From Octopus vulgaris (taxonomy: Eukaryota), in assembly GCA_951406725.2 (NCBI GenBank), contig OX597824.1, positions 76,012,001 to 76,076,000 of the forward strand: DNA of 64,000 nt, in the 5' to 3' direction. Positions 25,823 to 39,189 of the stretch are shown one piece after another (position 1 is the first letter of the stretch; each line of letters starts with the position of its first letter). Below the pieces are notes generated by a model. The model worked only from the letters and a program-made list of their open reading frames with translations. It ran no database searches and was not told the origin of the DNA. A program made the position numbers and the translations under genes.

Positions 25823-28800
25823 GCCCTCTGACGTGACAGAGTAGCATATTAAATACCTTGCAGTATTTCACAGTTATGTCCCTTTATAATCTCTCTTTCC
25901 AATTCTGGTCAATGTTTCTTTCAGTGCCAGTGGAATTTCTCACCTTGTACCTATGCAAGGAATCATTAATTTAACATTTATAATAAGTATTGTGGCTTGG
26001 CAGAAATGAGAGATAAGGAAAGGGTGTCTGTGGTTCATGGTATTATTTTTATTTTTTGGCTATGAGCTTACCTATGATGTAAGTTCCAATCCTTTACAGG
26101 TGTCAACTTTGCTTTGATCCTTCTCTAACCAAGATTAACGAAATAAATAAATACTTACTAGTGTGTTGTCATCTATAACCCCTTTCATCCACATATTGAT
26201 CGTTCTGTGACCATTGTAAGAAATTGTACTAATTTCATACCCTGTTTGAGACCAGCCTTACCTTACATTCTTCCCAACTGTGTAAAAATAAAGTACCAGT
26301 GAACTATTGGGGTATGTTATTATCAACTAACATCTTTCCCTTTAAAAAATTTGCTAGCCTGGCACCAAAATTTGAATCCTTTATTATTATTATTATTATT
26401 ATTATCTATTTATATATTTAGATGGTGAGTTAGTAGAATTGTGAGCAGATGGGACAAAATGCTTAGTGGTTATTTTTGCTCTTTATGTTCTAGGTTCAAA
26501 TTCCACCCAGGTCAACTTTGTTTTCATCCTTTCAGGGTCAACAAAAGTACTGAACGCTGAAGTTGATGCTATCAACAGGCCTTCTTCCCTGAAACTGCCT
26601 GCCTTATACCTTAGTAGAAGGGATTATTAATATTAAGACGGCGAGCTGGCAGAAGCATTAGCAAGCTTGGCGAAATGCTTAATGGTATTTCGACCGTCTT
26701 TATGACCCGAGTTCAAATTCTGCTGAGGTCGACTTTGCCTTTCATCCTTTCAAGGTCGATAAAATAAGTACCAGTTGAATACTGGGGTTGATGTAATTGA
26801 CTCACCCCCTCCCCCAAAATGGCTGCCTTTGTGGCAAAATTTGAAACCATCATCATCATCATCATCATCATTATTATTATTATTATTTTTTTTAAATCAT
26901 TATTATTAAGATAATTAGAGCAGTGGATTGGCAGAATCGTTAAAATATCAGATATAATGCCTTACAATATTTAATTATGCCCCTTTACATTTTGAGTTCA
27001 AATTCCACATATTTGTGTGTGTGTGTATTTGTGTGTGTACATATATGTATGTATGTATATATGTAAATCACTCGTGTATAAAGCAGTTGATCTGAGTAGC
27101 TAAGTGATTGGTGTAGTAACACAGAGCTCTTGGGTTCAATCCATGACTGGTATGCATGCTGTATTGTGTCTTCCCTGGTTCTCAAATAAATCATATGTTA
27201 GTTGTTACAAGGGGAAACTTCCTTATGGTAGACTAACATCCCATCGTAGGTTGTATTAGTAATAACTGTAGGAGTAGAAATAGTTGTTGTTGATGTTGTT
27301 GTTGAACCCCAGGTCAAGCCTGATCGAGCATACCTCTGATAAAATGTGTACTAACATCATCTCATTTTAATTTTTTTTTAGGGCTGTCCTTTACTATCTA
27401 AGGCACCTTTCAATTTTCATAAGACAGTGTGATGTACTTTAAAGATTTTGCTGCTATTTTCAGCACTCTGATAAAACCATGTCGAAACTCTTTCTTTTAA
27501 TTGTTGTGTGGGTGGTGGCTACTGAATTCCCTCTTACCACCATCACCATCACTACCATCATCACCATTACCATCATTACCACCTTCATCATTCATCACAG
27601 AATGCCTGGTTTATGAGAATTTTTTTTTTTTTTTTTTTTGGTTTTCCTAATTCTGTGACCACCACATACATGTATAAGTGGTTCAGAGTGACACTATGGA
27701 ATGAATTTATCCATTTTCTACATCCACCCCCACCCCCACCCCACTCCATCTCCTGCCTCTAAAAATGGTATGTCTCTGAAATCCATCCGTTGTCTTTGTT
27801 CCGAGTTGGGATATGTAAAAAGGAAGGAGTAACCAGTAAGCAGCACAACTGGACGTTGGTCAGCTTCAAGTATCAGCTGTGTTGCATTGCTGTCATCATC
27901 CCATGGAGTCAGTACTCTCTTTTCATAATTGCCATTATGTAAGAAATTATTATTATTATTATAATTATTATTATTATTATTATTATTATTTGATGTTTGT
28001 TCTCAATGTCTTGGGTCCTTGTGGCCAATAAAAGAAATCATTTTCATCATGTTCATCATTTCAATTTATTATTATTATTATTATTATTGTTTAAAGGTGG
28101 CAAGCTTGCAGAATCGTTAGCTGGATGAAATGCTTAGCGGTATTTCACCCGGCGAGCTGGCAGAAACGTTAGCACGTCGGGCGAAATGCTTAGCGGTATT
28201 TCGTCTGTCTTTATGTTCTGAGTTCAAATTCCGCCGAGGTTGACTTTGCCTTTCATCCTTTCGGGGTCGATTAAATGAGTACCAGTTACGCACTGGGGTC
28301 GATATAATCGACTTAATCCGTTTGTCTTTCCTTGTTTGTCCTCTCTGTGTTTAGCCCCTTGTGGGTAGTAAAGAAATAGGTATTTCACCCGTCGCTACGT
28401 TCTGAGTTCAAATTCTGCTGAGGTCGACTTTGCCTTAAATTAAGCACTGGGGTCAATGTATCCAATTATTCCCCTCCCCCAAATTTCAGGCCTTGTGCCT
28501 ATAGTAGAAAGGATTATTATTATTATTATTGTTATTAAGGCGATGAGCTGGCAAAATGCTTAGCGGCATTTCTTCTCTCTAATGTTCTGAGCTCAAATTC
28601 TGCCAAGGTTGACTTTTTCAGTAATTGACTTGTCCTTTCCCCTCAAATTCAGGCCTTGTACCTGTCGTAGAAAAGATTATTATCATTATAGTTATTAAGT
28701 TAATGAACTGGCAGAATCGTTAGCATGCCAGGCAAAATGCTTAGCAGTATTTTGTGTATCTTTACATTCTGAGCTCAAATTTTGCCAAGGTCAACTTTGC

Positions 28801-29445
28801 CTTTATTCCTTTCGGGGTCGGTATAATAAGTACCAGTTGTGCACTGGGGTCGATGTAATGACTAGCCCTCACCCCCAAAATTTCAGGATTTGTGCTCCTA
28901 ATACAAAGGATTTTTATTGTTATTTGGCAATGAGCTGGCAAAGTCATTGGCATGCTGGGCAAAATGCTTAGCAGCATTTCGTCCATCTGTAATGTTCTGA
29001 GTTCAAATTCTGCTGAAGTTGACTTTGGCCTTCAATCCTTTCAAAATCACTGGCCTTGTGCCAAAATTTGAAACCATTATTATTGATGCTGGTCAGAATG
29101 CATAGCAGCAGCATTTCGCCTGTCGTTACATTCTGAGTTCAAATTTTGCTGAGGTTGACTTCAACCTTTTGGGGTCAATAAATTAAGTACCAGTGAAACA
29201 CTGGGGTTGATGTAATCAACTTATCCCCTCCCCACAAATTTCAGGCATTGTGCCTATAGTAGAAAGGATTATTATTATTATCATTATTATTATTATTATT
29301 ATTATTCATTATTCCGAGGTCGGCTTTGCCTTTCATTCTTTTGGGGTTGATAAATTAAGTACCAGTGGAACACTGGGGTCAATGTAATCAATAGGCCCCT
29401 CCTCACAAACTTCAGGCCTTGTGCCTATAGAAGAAAGGATTATTG

Positions 29446-29481
<36 letters not shown>

Positions 29482-30136
29482 TTAAAGCAGTGAGTTGGCA
29501 GAATTGTTAGCATGCTGGGTGAAATGCTTAGCGGTATTTCATCTGTCGTTATTTTCTGAGTTCAAATTTCACTGATCCGTTTGTCTTTCCTTGTTTGTCC
29601 TCTCTGTGTTTAGCCCCTTGTGGGTAGTAAAGAAATAGGTGTTTCACCTGTCGCTATGTTCTGAGTTCAAATTCTGCTGAGGTCGACTTTGCCTTAAATT
29701 AAGCACTGGGGTCAATGTAACCAATTATTCCCCTCCCCCAAATTTCAGGCCTTGTGCCTATAGTAGAAAGGATTATTATTATTATTATTATTGTTATTGG
29801 GGTCGAGAAATTAAGTACCAGTGGAGCACTGAGGTCAATGTTATTGACTAGTTCCCTCCCCCAAACTTCAGGCCTTGTACCTATAATAAATAAGATGATT
29901 ATTATTATTATTAAAGAAAGTGGCATCGTGGTATAATTGTTAGCATGCTGGACAAAATTCTTAGTAGCATTTCGTCTTTACATTCTGAGTTCAAATTCAA
30001 AGTCAGAGTTCAAAGTCGACTTTGCCTTCCATCCCTATGAAGTTGATAAAATTCACAGAAGTTGAGTACCTGGGTTGAAGTGATCGACTATCCCCCCTCC
30101 CCATAGATTCCAGACCTTGTGCCTATAGCAGAAAAG

Positions 30137-30168
<32 letters not shown>

Positions 30169-30380
30169 AGCGGCAAGCTAGCAGAATTGATGGCATGCTG
30201 GATGAAATGCTTAGTGGTATTCTGCTTGTTGCTACGTTCTGAGTTCAAATTTCCTCCGAGGTCAGCTTTGCCTTTCATCTTTCTGTGGTTGATAAATTAA
30301 GTACCAGTTGAATTCTGAGTTTGATGTGATTGACTGTCCCTCTCCCCCAAATTTCAGGCCTTGTGCCTATAGTAGAAAGG

Positions 30381-30418
<38 letters not shown>

Positions 30419-32233
30419 TATTATTACTATTATAATTATTATTATTACTGTGGTGAGCTGGCAAAACTATTAGTGTGTTGGGCAAAATCCTTAGCAGTAT
30501 TTTTCCTTAACTTTCTGACTGCAAGTCTTGCCGAGATTGACTTAGCCTTTTATCCTTTTGAGGTTAAGTCAAATCCTGGGTTAACTGTAATCGGCTAACC
30601 CCACCCCTGAAATTGCTAGCCTTGTGCCATAATAGGAAACAATGATTAGTATTAAGACAACAATCTGGAAAAAGAACCGTTAGTGCATCAAACAAAATGC
30701 TAAATAGCATTTCCTGAGGCTCTACTAATTTCCAAATTTGAATTTCATTGATGTTGTCTGTCTTCCATTCTTTTGGGATTGGTAAAATAAGTGCCATCTG
30801 AGCATTGGTGTCAAAGTAATTGACTCACTCTTACTACCCCTAAAATTGCTGGAACTGTGCTCCAAAATTTGAAGCAATTTTTGTTGTTATTATTTGCAGG
30901 TGTGGCTATGTGGTAAGAAGTTTGCTTCCCAACCACATGGTTCTAGGTTCAGTCCCACTGCGTGGAACCTTGGGCCAATGCCTTCTACTATAGCCTTGGG
31001 CTGACCAAAGCCTTGCGATTGGATTTGGTTGACAGAAACTGAAAGAAGCCCATCGTGTATATAAAAATATATATATATATGTGTGTGTGTTTCTGTGTCT
31101 GTTGCTACCACTGCTTGACAACTGGTGTTGGTGTCTTTATGTCCCTATAACTTAGCAGTTCGGCAAAAGAGATCAATAGAATTAGCACCTAGCTTTGAAA
31201 AAAAAAAAAAAATGCTGGGATTGATTTGTTTGACTAAAATTCTTCAAGGCGGTGCCCCAGCATGGCCACAGTCTAATGATCGAAACAAGTCAAAGAATAA
31301 AAGAAAAGAATATAATTTTGGGGTCAAAAAAATAAGCATCAATTGAGCACTGGGCTTGACTGACTGACCCTTCCCCTCTAAAATTGCTGGCCCTCAGCCA
31401 AAATTTGTACCAATTTGAGCACTGGACTTGATCTAATTGACTGACACTTCTCCCTTAAAATTGTTGGCCATCTGCCAAAATTTGTACCAATTATTATGGA
31501 AGTAAGAGCGATGGATTAGAATGCATAACTGCAGTATTTAGTTCTGCTCCTTTACATTCTGATGTTCCGTTCTGGTCCCAACTTTGCCTTTTGGCATCTC
31601 TCCAGGGTTTATACAACAAGCAATCAATCAATTATAGCTGGGTCGATATAATCGATCCCTGGCTTTTGCATAATTTGTTGGTCTTGTGCCAAAGAAATAA
31701 ATCATTTTTATGGTGAATTGGCAGAAAAAAAAAAAAAAAGTCTTGTGACATTTGTTCCAAGTGCTTTACATTCTGAGTTCAAATTCAGCTACGGTGATTG
31801 CCACTTTTCGTCCCTGTAAGGTCGATAAAATAAAACTACAGTTGGTAATATCAACAACCCCTTTTCCCTGTTATGTCAGGCCTTGTTATTCTTCTAGAAA
31901 TAATGACAATAATAATAATAATAATAATAATGACAAAAATAAAAATTTTTAATTATATTGTATTATTATCATTATTATTATGATAAGCTGATGAGCTGGC
32001 AGAATCGTTACCGTGCCAGGCAAAATGTTTAATGGTATTTCATCCGTTCTTACATTCTGAGTTCAAATTCCACTAAGGTTTACTTTGCCTTTCATTCTAT
32101 CAGGGTCAATAAAATTAGTACTGGATAAGCACTGGGGTCAATGTTATTGACTTACTGCTCCCTCTCTTGAAACTGCTGACCTTGTGCCAAAATCTGAAAC
32201 CTTTCTTCTTCTTCTTAGTAGTAGTAGTATATG

Positions 32234-32540
32234 TGAAGGCGCATGGCTCAGTGGTTAGAGTGTCAAGCTTACGATCGTGAGGTTGTGTGCTCAAATCCCG
32301 GACTGGGTGCATGTTGTGTTCTTGAGCAAGACACTTTATTTCACGTTGCTCCAGTTTACTCAGCTGTAGAAATGAGTTTTCAACGTCACTGGTGCCAAGC
32401 TGTATCAGCCTTTGCCCTTTCCCTTGGATAACACAGGTGGCATGGAGAGAGATAACCAGTATGCATGGGCGACTGCTGGCCTGGGAAGGTAACTTTCTAG
32501 GTGCAATCCCATGGTCTGTGTCATGACCGAAGGGGGTCTC
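32234..32540 (+). mobile_element. tRNA-derived SINE (family E)
   Basis: GGCGCATGGCTCAGTGGTTAGAG...CTCAAATCCCGG tRNA-like head followed by CTTGAGCAAGACACTTTA core-like body; no tRNA 3' acceptor stem. Confidence 0.7.
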
Positions 32541-33650
32541 AGTAGTAGTATGGTTGGAAGCTGGCAGATTTGTTACTATGTCAAGCAAATTGCTTAATGA
32601 TATTTCTTCTAGCTTTACAATCTAGCTTTACAATCTGAGTTCAAATCCTGCCAAGGTCAACTGTGTCTTTTGTCCTTTTGGGGTTGATAAAATGAGTATC
32701 TGTTGAGCATTGGTGTATGATGTATTCGACTTGTCTCCTCTCCTCTCCTCAAAATTTTTGTCCTTGTGCCAAAATTAGAAAAGAATTATTATTATCATTA
32801 TTATGAAGTATTTCCAGAATCATTAAATTTTACCACAAATAACCTTGTGGAATTTGTCCATTTTTTTGGAATTTGCCCATTGTGGCATTTGTTCAGTTTT
32901 GTACATTCTGTGTTCAGATCCTATGGAAATCAATTTTGTCTCTTGCCCCTCCTAGGTTGATAAAATGCCACTTAAAATACTGGGGTCAGTGTAAGTGACT
33001 TGCCCTTTCCCTTAAAATCACTGGCTTTTCACTGGCCTAAGGAAGTATCATTATAATTATGAAGGCAGCAAGCTTGCACAATCCTTATCATGCTGGACTA
33101 AATATGCTTTGCAATATTTCTACTGGTTTTTTTGTCCTGAGTCCGAATCCTGCGACGGTCAACTATGCTTTTCGTCCTTTTGGGGTTGATAAAATAAGTA
33201 CCAGTTGAGCAGTGGGGTTCATTAAATTGACTAGCCCACCCCTCACCTAGAGTATCAGGCCTTGTGACTATAGCAGAAGAGATTTATTATTGTTATTGTT
33301 ATGTAGGCAGTTAGCTGGCAGAATCTTTAACTTGTCGAACAAAATGCTTAGAAGCATTTCTTTTAGATTTTGAGTTCAATTACTGCTGAATTGAACTTAG
33401 CCTTTCATCTCTTAGGAGCCAATAAAATAAAGCCAAGCATGTATACGTATACATACATACATATATATATAAAATATAAATTAGAGATAAAACCACTATT
33501 ATGCAACTCAAACAGTAATAGACATAAACCGAAACATAAATAACAAATAAAAAATATTTTTATATAACATATAACTAGATCTCAAAAAGTATAAAATGAA
33601 TGATCAATATATAATAAGTATAATAATATATAAGTATAATATATAATAAG

Positions 33651-33683
<33 letters not shown>

Positions 33684-33749
33684 AGAATTTTTTGTGTAAT
33701 AAGATAAAAAAAACAAAGGCTGTGTAGATATTAGAGCGTTTATAGATAG

Positions 33750-33801
33750 GTCTTACAGCTGTTTCTAGGATACTTATTAATTATATCCTTTCATCGGAGA
33801 C
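33750..33801 (-). ncRNA. Penelope-type minimal type I hammerhead ribozyme motif (core variant CCGAUGA)
   Basis: Minus strand: GTCT-CCGATGA-AAGGATA(TAATTAATAAG)TATCCTA-GAA-ACAGCTGT-A-AGAC; stem I GTCT/AGAC, stem II AGGATA/TATCCT, palindromic stem III, GUA cleavage triplet. Confidence 0.75.
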
Positions 33802-33823
33802 AGTGTGAGAGGATAGTTAAGTC

Positions 33824-33854
<31 letters not shown>

Positions 33855-33869
33855 TATGTGTGTGTGTGT

Positions 33870-34156
33870 GGAGGCGCAATGGCCCAGTAGTTAGGGCAGC
33901 GGACTGACGGTCGTAGGATCGCAGTTTCGAAACCCAGACCGGGTGTTGTGAGTGTTTATTGAGCGAAAACACCTAAAGCTTCACGAGGCTCCGGCAGGGG
34001 TGGTGGCAATCCCTGCTGTACTCTTTCACCACAACTTTCTCTTACTCTTTCTTCTGTTGGCCTACTCGTGGGGTGGCGTCATTTGAAGGCTAAAACAATG
34101 TGAAGCGCATTGTAACCAGCAATGTGTAGCAACATCTGATAGCCTGGTCGGTCACG

Positions 34157-34160
<4 letters not shown>
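33870..34160 (+). mobile_element. tRNA-derived SINE (family D)
   Basis: GAGGCGCAATGGCCCAGT.GTTAGGGCAGC...GTTTCGA..CCC head; same head at 49599. Confidence 0.78.
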
Positions 34161-34196
<36 letters not shown>

Positions 34197-36293
34197 GAAT
34201 GTAAGTATGTGTGTTTGTGTTTCCCTCATCACTGCTTGACAACCTATGCTGGTGTGTTTGCTTCTCCATAACTTAGCAGTTCAGCAATAGAAACTGATAG
34301 AATAAGTACCAGGTGTAAAAAAAAGAAAAGAAAAAATATAACATGCAAAAAACAAGTACTGAGGTCAATTCATTCAACTAAAAATTCTTCATGGCGGTGC
34401 CCCAGCATGGCCATAGTCCAGTCTAATGACTGAAACAAAGATATAAGATACCAGTCAAATACTGGGGTGAATGTTGTCAACTAACACTCTCCCTCCTAAA
34501 GATGCTGGCCTTGTGCACAGAATTTGAAACTATTATATAAAGGTGTCTAACTGACAGAATTATCTGTGCATTGGACAAAATGCTTAGCGGAATTTTTTTG
34601 GACTTTTTGTGATCTGAGTTCAAACCTTACCAAGTTCACACTTTCCCTTTCATCCTTTCAACGCTGATACAAAACAGTATCAGTCATGAAGTGAGGTCAA
34701 TGTAACCGACTGAAAACCTTTGCTCTCAAAATTGCGGGCCATGTCTCTATATTTGAAAGAATTGTTGGTTTCAGATTTTGGCCCGTGTCAGAATGTTCAG
34801 GGGAGGGAGTAAGTTGATTACATTGAACCCCCACCTCCCATAGTGTTTTACTATTACTTATTTTATTGACCATGAAAAGATGAAAAGCAAAGTCGACCCG
34901 GGCAGAATTTGAGCACAGAATGTATAGACAGACAAAATACCTCTAAACATTTTACCCAGCATTCTAACGATTCTTATTCGTTTATTGCCCACGAGGGGCT
35001 AAACATAGAGGGGACAAACAAGGACAGACAAAGGGATTAAGTCGATTACATCAATCCCCAGTGTCTAACTGGTACTTAATTTATCGACCCTGAAAGGATG
35101 AAAGGCAAAGTCGACCTCGGCAGAATTTGAACTCAGACCGTAACGGCAGACGAAATACTGCTAAGCATTTAGCCTGGCATGCTAATGTTTCTGCCAGCTC
35201 ACCATCCTTATATTTGAAGGAATTATTATTACTCCAAAGCTATTACATTCTAAGTTAATTCATGGGAATATAAATTTGAAGTTTGATGACAACAAGTCTC
35301 TTCTAATCTCATGAATGTGTCTTAGGATTTTGGCAAATGCGGTGAGCTGGCAGAAACGTTAGCATGCCGGGAAAAATGCTTAGCGGTATTTCATCTGCTG
35401 CTACGTTCTGAGTTCAAATTCCACCAAGGTCGACTTTGCCTTTCATCCTTCCGGGGTCAATAAATTAAGTACCAGTTGCGTACTAGGGTCAATCTAATCA
35501 GCTGCCCCCGCTCCTCAAAATTTATGCACTGGGGTTCATGATGTAATTGACTTATTCCTCCTCCAAAATTATTAGCCTTGTGCCAAAATATGAAACCATT
35601 ATTATTATTATTATTACTATTATTATTATTATTAAGGCGGCAAGCTGGCAGAATCATTAGCGACTTTGCCTTTCATCCTTTAGGGGGTCGATGAAATAAG
35701 TACTCGTTGAACACTGGGGTCAATGTAATTGACTCATCCCTGCCTCTTCCAAGCTCCCCTTGTGGCAAAAATTTGAAATTATTATTATTATTATTATCAA
35801 TAATAATCCTTTCTTTTAGAGACACAAGGCCTGAAATTTGGGGGGAGGGGGCAGTCAATTAATTCGATCCCAGTATGCAACTGGCACTTAATTTATCAAC
35901 TCCAAAATGATGAGAGGGCCACTTTGCTTTACATTCTTTCAGGGTCGATAAATTAAGTACCAGTTGCGTACTAGGGTCAATCTCATTGTCTGGCCCCCCT
36001 CCCCCCAAATTTCAGGCCTTGTGCCTATAGTAGAAAGATTATTATCATCATTATTATTATTATCAATAATAATAATAAGGCGGAAAGCTGGCAGAATCGT
36101 TAGCATTCCAGGCAATATGCTTAGTGGCGCTTCTAGCTTTACATTGTGAGTTCATATTTTGCCGAGGTCAACTTTGCCTTTCATCCACTTGGGGTGAAGG
36201 TTGGGGGAAATAAAATAATTGGTGGCAAAGTACTGGAGTCAATGTAATCAACTAATCTGTTCCTCTAAAATTTCAATCCTTGTATCTATAATT

Positions 36294-36658
36294 CAGGTTT
36301 CCAAGTGGGTTTCACATGGACCCCCCCCCAGTAGTCCACAGAAGCTTTAAGCAGGGTCCACAAGTAAAACAATTGTAATTTGTGGGTCCATTGTATTATT
36401 TATGTTTGTTTATGTTTTCCAGTTTCAGCTCTTGAGCTGTGACCATGCTGGGGCACCATGTATATCTGTAATTATTGAAATTTTCAAGATTTGTATTTGG
36501 AATTTATGTCATGAATATAATGAATTTGTTTCATTGTTAGTTTTTACTGACAAACTAATATATTTTATTTAAAAAATTTACATGTGCTTATATGGGGTCC
36601 ACAGATGATATGATGGTTCTCAGGGGGTCCACAAGCAAAATAAAGTTGGGAACCCCTG
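36294..36658. mobile_element. hAT/Charlie-like MITE
   Basis: Ends CAGGTTTCCAA ... TTGGGAACCCCTG, repeated GGGTCCAC subterminal motifs, flanks both begin CTATA (right flank cut by a SINE A insertion). Confidence 0.68.
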
Positions 36659-37637
36659 CTATAGGCGTAGGAGTGGCTGTGTGGTAAGTAGCTTGCTTAT
36701 GAACCACATGGTTCCGGGTTCAGCCCCACTGCGTGGCACCTTGGGCCAACCAAAGCCTTGTGAGTGGATTTGGTAGACAGAACCTGAAAGAAGCTCATCA
36801 TATATATGTATATACCTATATACATACATATATATATATATATATATAATGTATATGTATATATATATGTGTGTGTGTATATGTTTTTTGTGTCTGAATT
36901 TGAAACCATTTTTATGAGGGTAGTTGATGGCAGTATAGACAGAGCGCTAGATAAAATGCGTTGTATATGATTAAATTGTTTCCACATTTTAAATTTCAGT
37001 CCTGTTGAAGTTAAATAATATATTTGTTAAATATAGAGGTGGGTGGAGTATCGAGGGAGAGGACTTAGGGGTGGTGGTGAGAAAGGTGTGTGTGTGTGTG
37101 CGTGTGTGTGAGTTTTATCAATATCTGTTTCTTTTTTCTCCAAAATTTTGCAGTGGCAGAAGTGGTAGAGTAACAAGCTACAAATGCTTTTGCAGTATTT
37201 AGTTTCATTATCACTACATTCCAAGTTCAAATCCAGCTTCAAGAGGTACAACTTTGCTTTATTCACTCCCTGCCCCTTGGGCATGGGCTTTAATAAAGTT
37301 ACATGTCAGTCTCACACACACACACACATACACACGCACACACACAAACCCACACACACATGTATATACACACAAGGATCTTCATGCAAATGTACAAAAT
37401 ACAGGTATTACTACACTATGTGGCAGAAAAACCTCCCATAATTCACGTGGCCATTGGTGTGGTGTGGTGCTACTTAGGTTTGGCAGGTGGTAATGGTGTC
37501 TTCCCTTTTTTTTTTCTCTCCCCTTTTTTTTTTAAAGTTACCACCATGATTTGAACCAGTGCTCACTATGTTTGCTATCAATGCATTTTGTCAATCTATA
37601 ATATGTGGGAAGTTATTTTGTTGTTTTGCTGCACCCT

Positions 37638-37683
<46 letters not shown>

Positions 37684-38079
37684 GGCTGCAAGCCGGCAGA
37701 ATTGTTTGTACAGTGGGCATAATTGCTTAATAGCATTTGTCCATCTTTATGTTCTGAGTTCAAATTCTGTTGGGGTTGACTTTGCCTTTAATCCTTTTAG
37801 GGCCGATAAAGTAAGCACCAGTGAAATGCTGGGGTTCATGTTACCGACTATCCTTGTCCCTTAAATTTCAGTCGTTGTGCCCTTAGTAAAAAGAATTATT
37901 ATTACTATTATTAAGGTGGTGAGCTGGGTCTTTATATTCTGAGTTCAAGTTCTGCTGAAGTCGACTTTGCTTTCATCCCTTTGGGTTCAATAAAATAAGT
38001 ACCAGTCATGCACTGTGGTCAATGTAATTGACTAGTCCTCTCCTTCCAAATTTCAGGCCTTGTGCCTATAACAGAAAGA

Positions 38080-38116
<37 letters not shown>

Positions 38117-38969
38117 CCGCTGAGGTGGACTTTGCCCTTCATCCTTCCGGGGTCAATAAAATAAGCACCAGTTGAGAACAGGGGACGATGTAATTGACTT
38201 GCACCCCAAATTTCAAGCCTTTTGCCTATAACAGAAAGGATTATTATTATTAAGGCAGTGAGTTGGCAGAATTGTTAGCATGCTGGGCAAAATGCTTTGT
38301 GGTATTTCGTCTGTCTTTACGTTCTGAGTTCAAATTCTGCCGCAGTCAGTTTTGCTTTTCATCCTTTTGGGGTCGATAAAATAAATACCACTTGAGAACT
38401 GGGGTCGATGCAATCAACTTAATCTCATCCCCCTAGGCCGCCTGTCTGGCAAAAATTTGAAATCATTATTATCTCTAAGGGAGCAAGCTGGTAGAATTAT
38501 TAACCTGCTGGACAAGAATGCTTTGCAGCATTATGTCCATTTCTACATTCTGAGTTTAAATTCTACCATGGTCAGTATTGCCCCTCATCCTTTTAGAGTC
38601 AATAAAAATGAATACTGGTTGAGACTGGGGTCAAAGTAATCAACTAGCTCTTCCCCTGCCAACACTTCAGCCCTTGAGCCTATAATAGACAGGTTTATTA
38701 TTATTATTATTATTATTATTAATAATAATAATAATAATAATAAGACGGCGAGCTGGCAGAATCGTTATCACACCAGGCAAAATGTTGAGTGGCATTTCAT
38801 CTGTCCCTATGTTCTGAGTTCAAATTCCACTGAGGTTTACTTTGCCTTTCATCCTTTCAGGGTCGATGAAATAAGTACAATTCATGCACTGGGGTTGATT
38901 TAATCAACTTGCCCCCTCCCCCAAAATTTCAGGCCTTGTGCCTATAGTAGAAAGGATTATTATTATTAA

Positions 38970-39189
38970 CCCTTTTGTTACCAACCCGGCTGAAACCAGC
39001 TCTGGCTCTGAGTACAAATGTCTTGTTTTCATAAGTTTTGAATTAAAATCTTCCACCAAACCTTAGTCACAATTTATGTTCCTAACACTAACTTAATGAT
39101 AACTAAGTTATTTTTCTAGATTCTTTGTTATATTTTAAATAACGGGAAGAAATACAGAGCATCCTAACAGAAATGCGGTAACGAAAGGG
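38970..39189 (+). mobile_element. TTAA-flanked MITE family 1
   Basis: TTAA on both sides; 13-bp TIR CCCTTTTGTTACC / GGTAACGAAAGGG (12/13 match). Confidence 0.92.

Noticed and set aside
32234-33950. tRNA-like sequences at 32234 and 33870 (also 49599 and SINE A/B heads)
   Set aside because: A/B boxes are present but there is no complete cloverleaf and each continues into a repeat body, so they are SINE heads and not tRNA genes.
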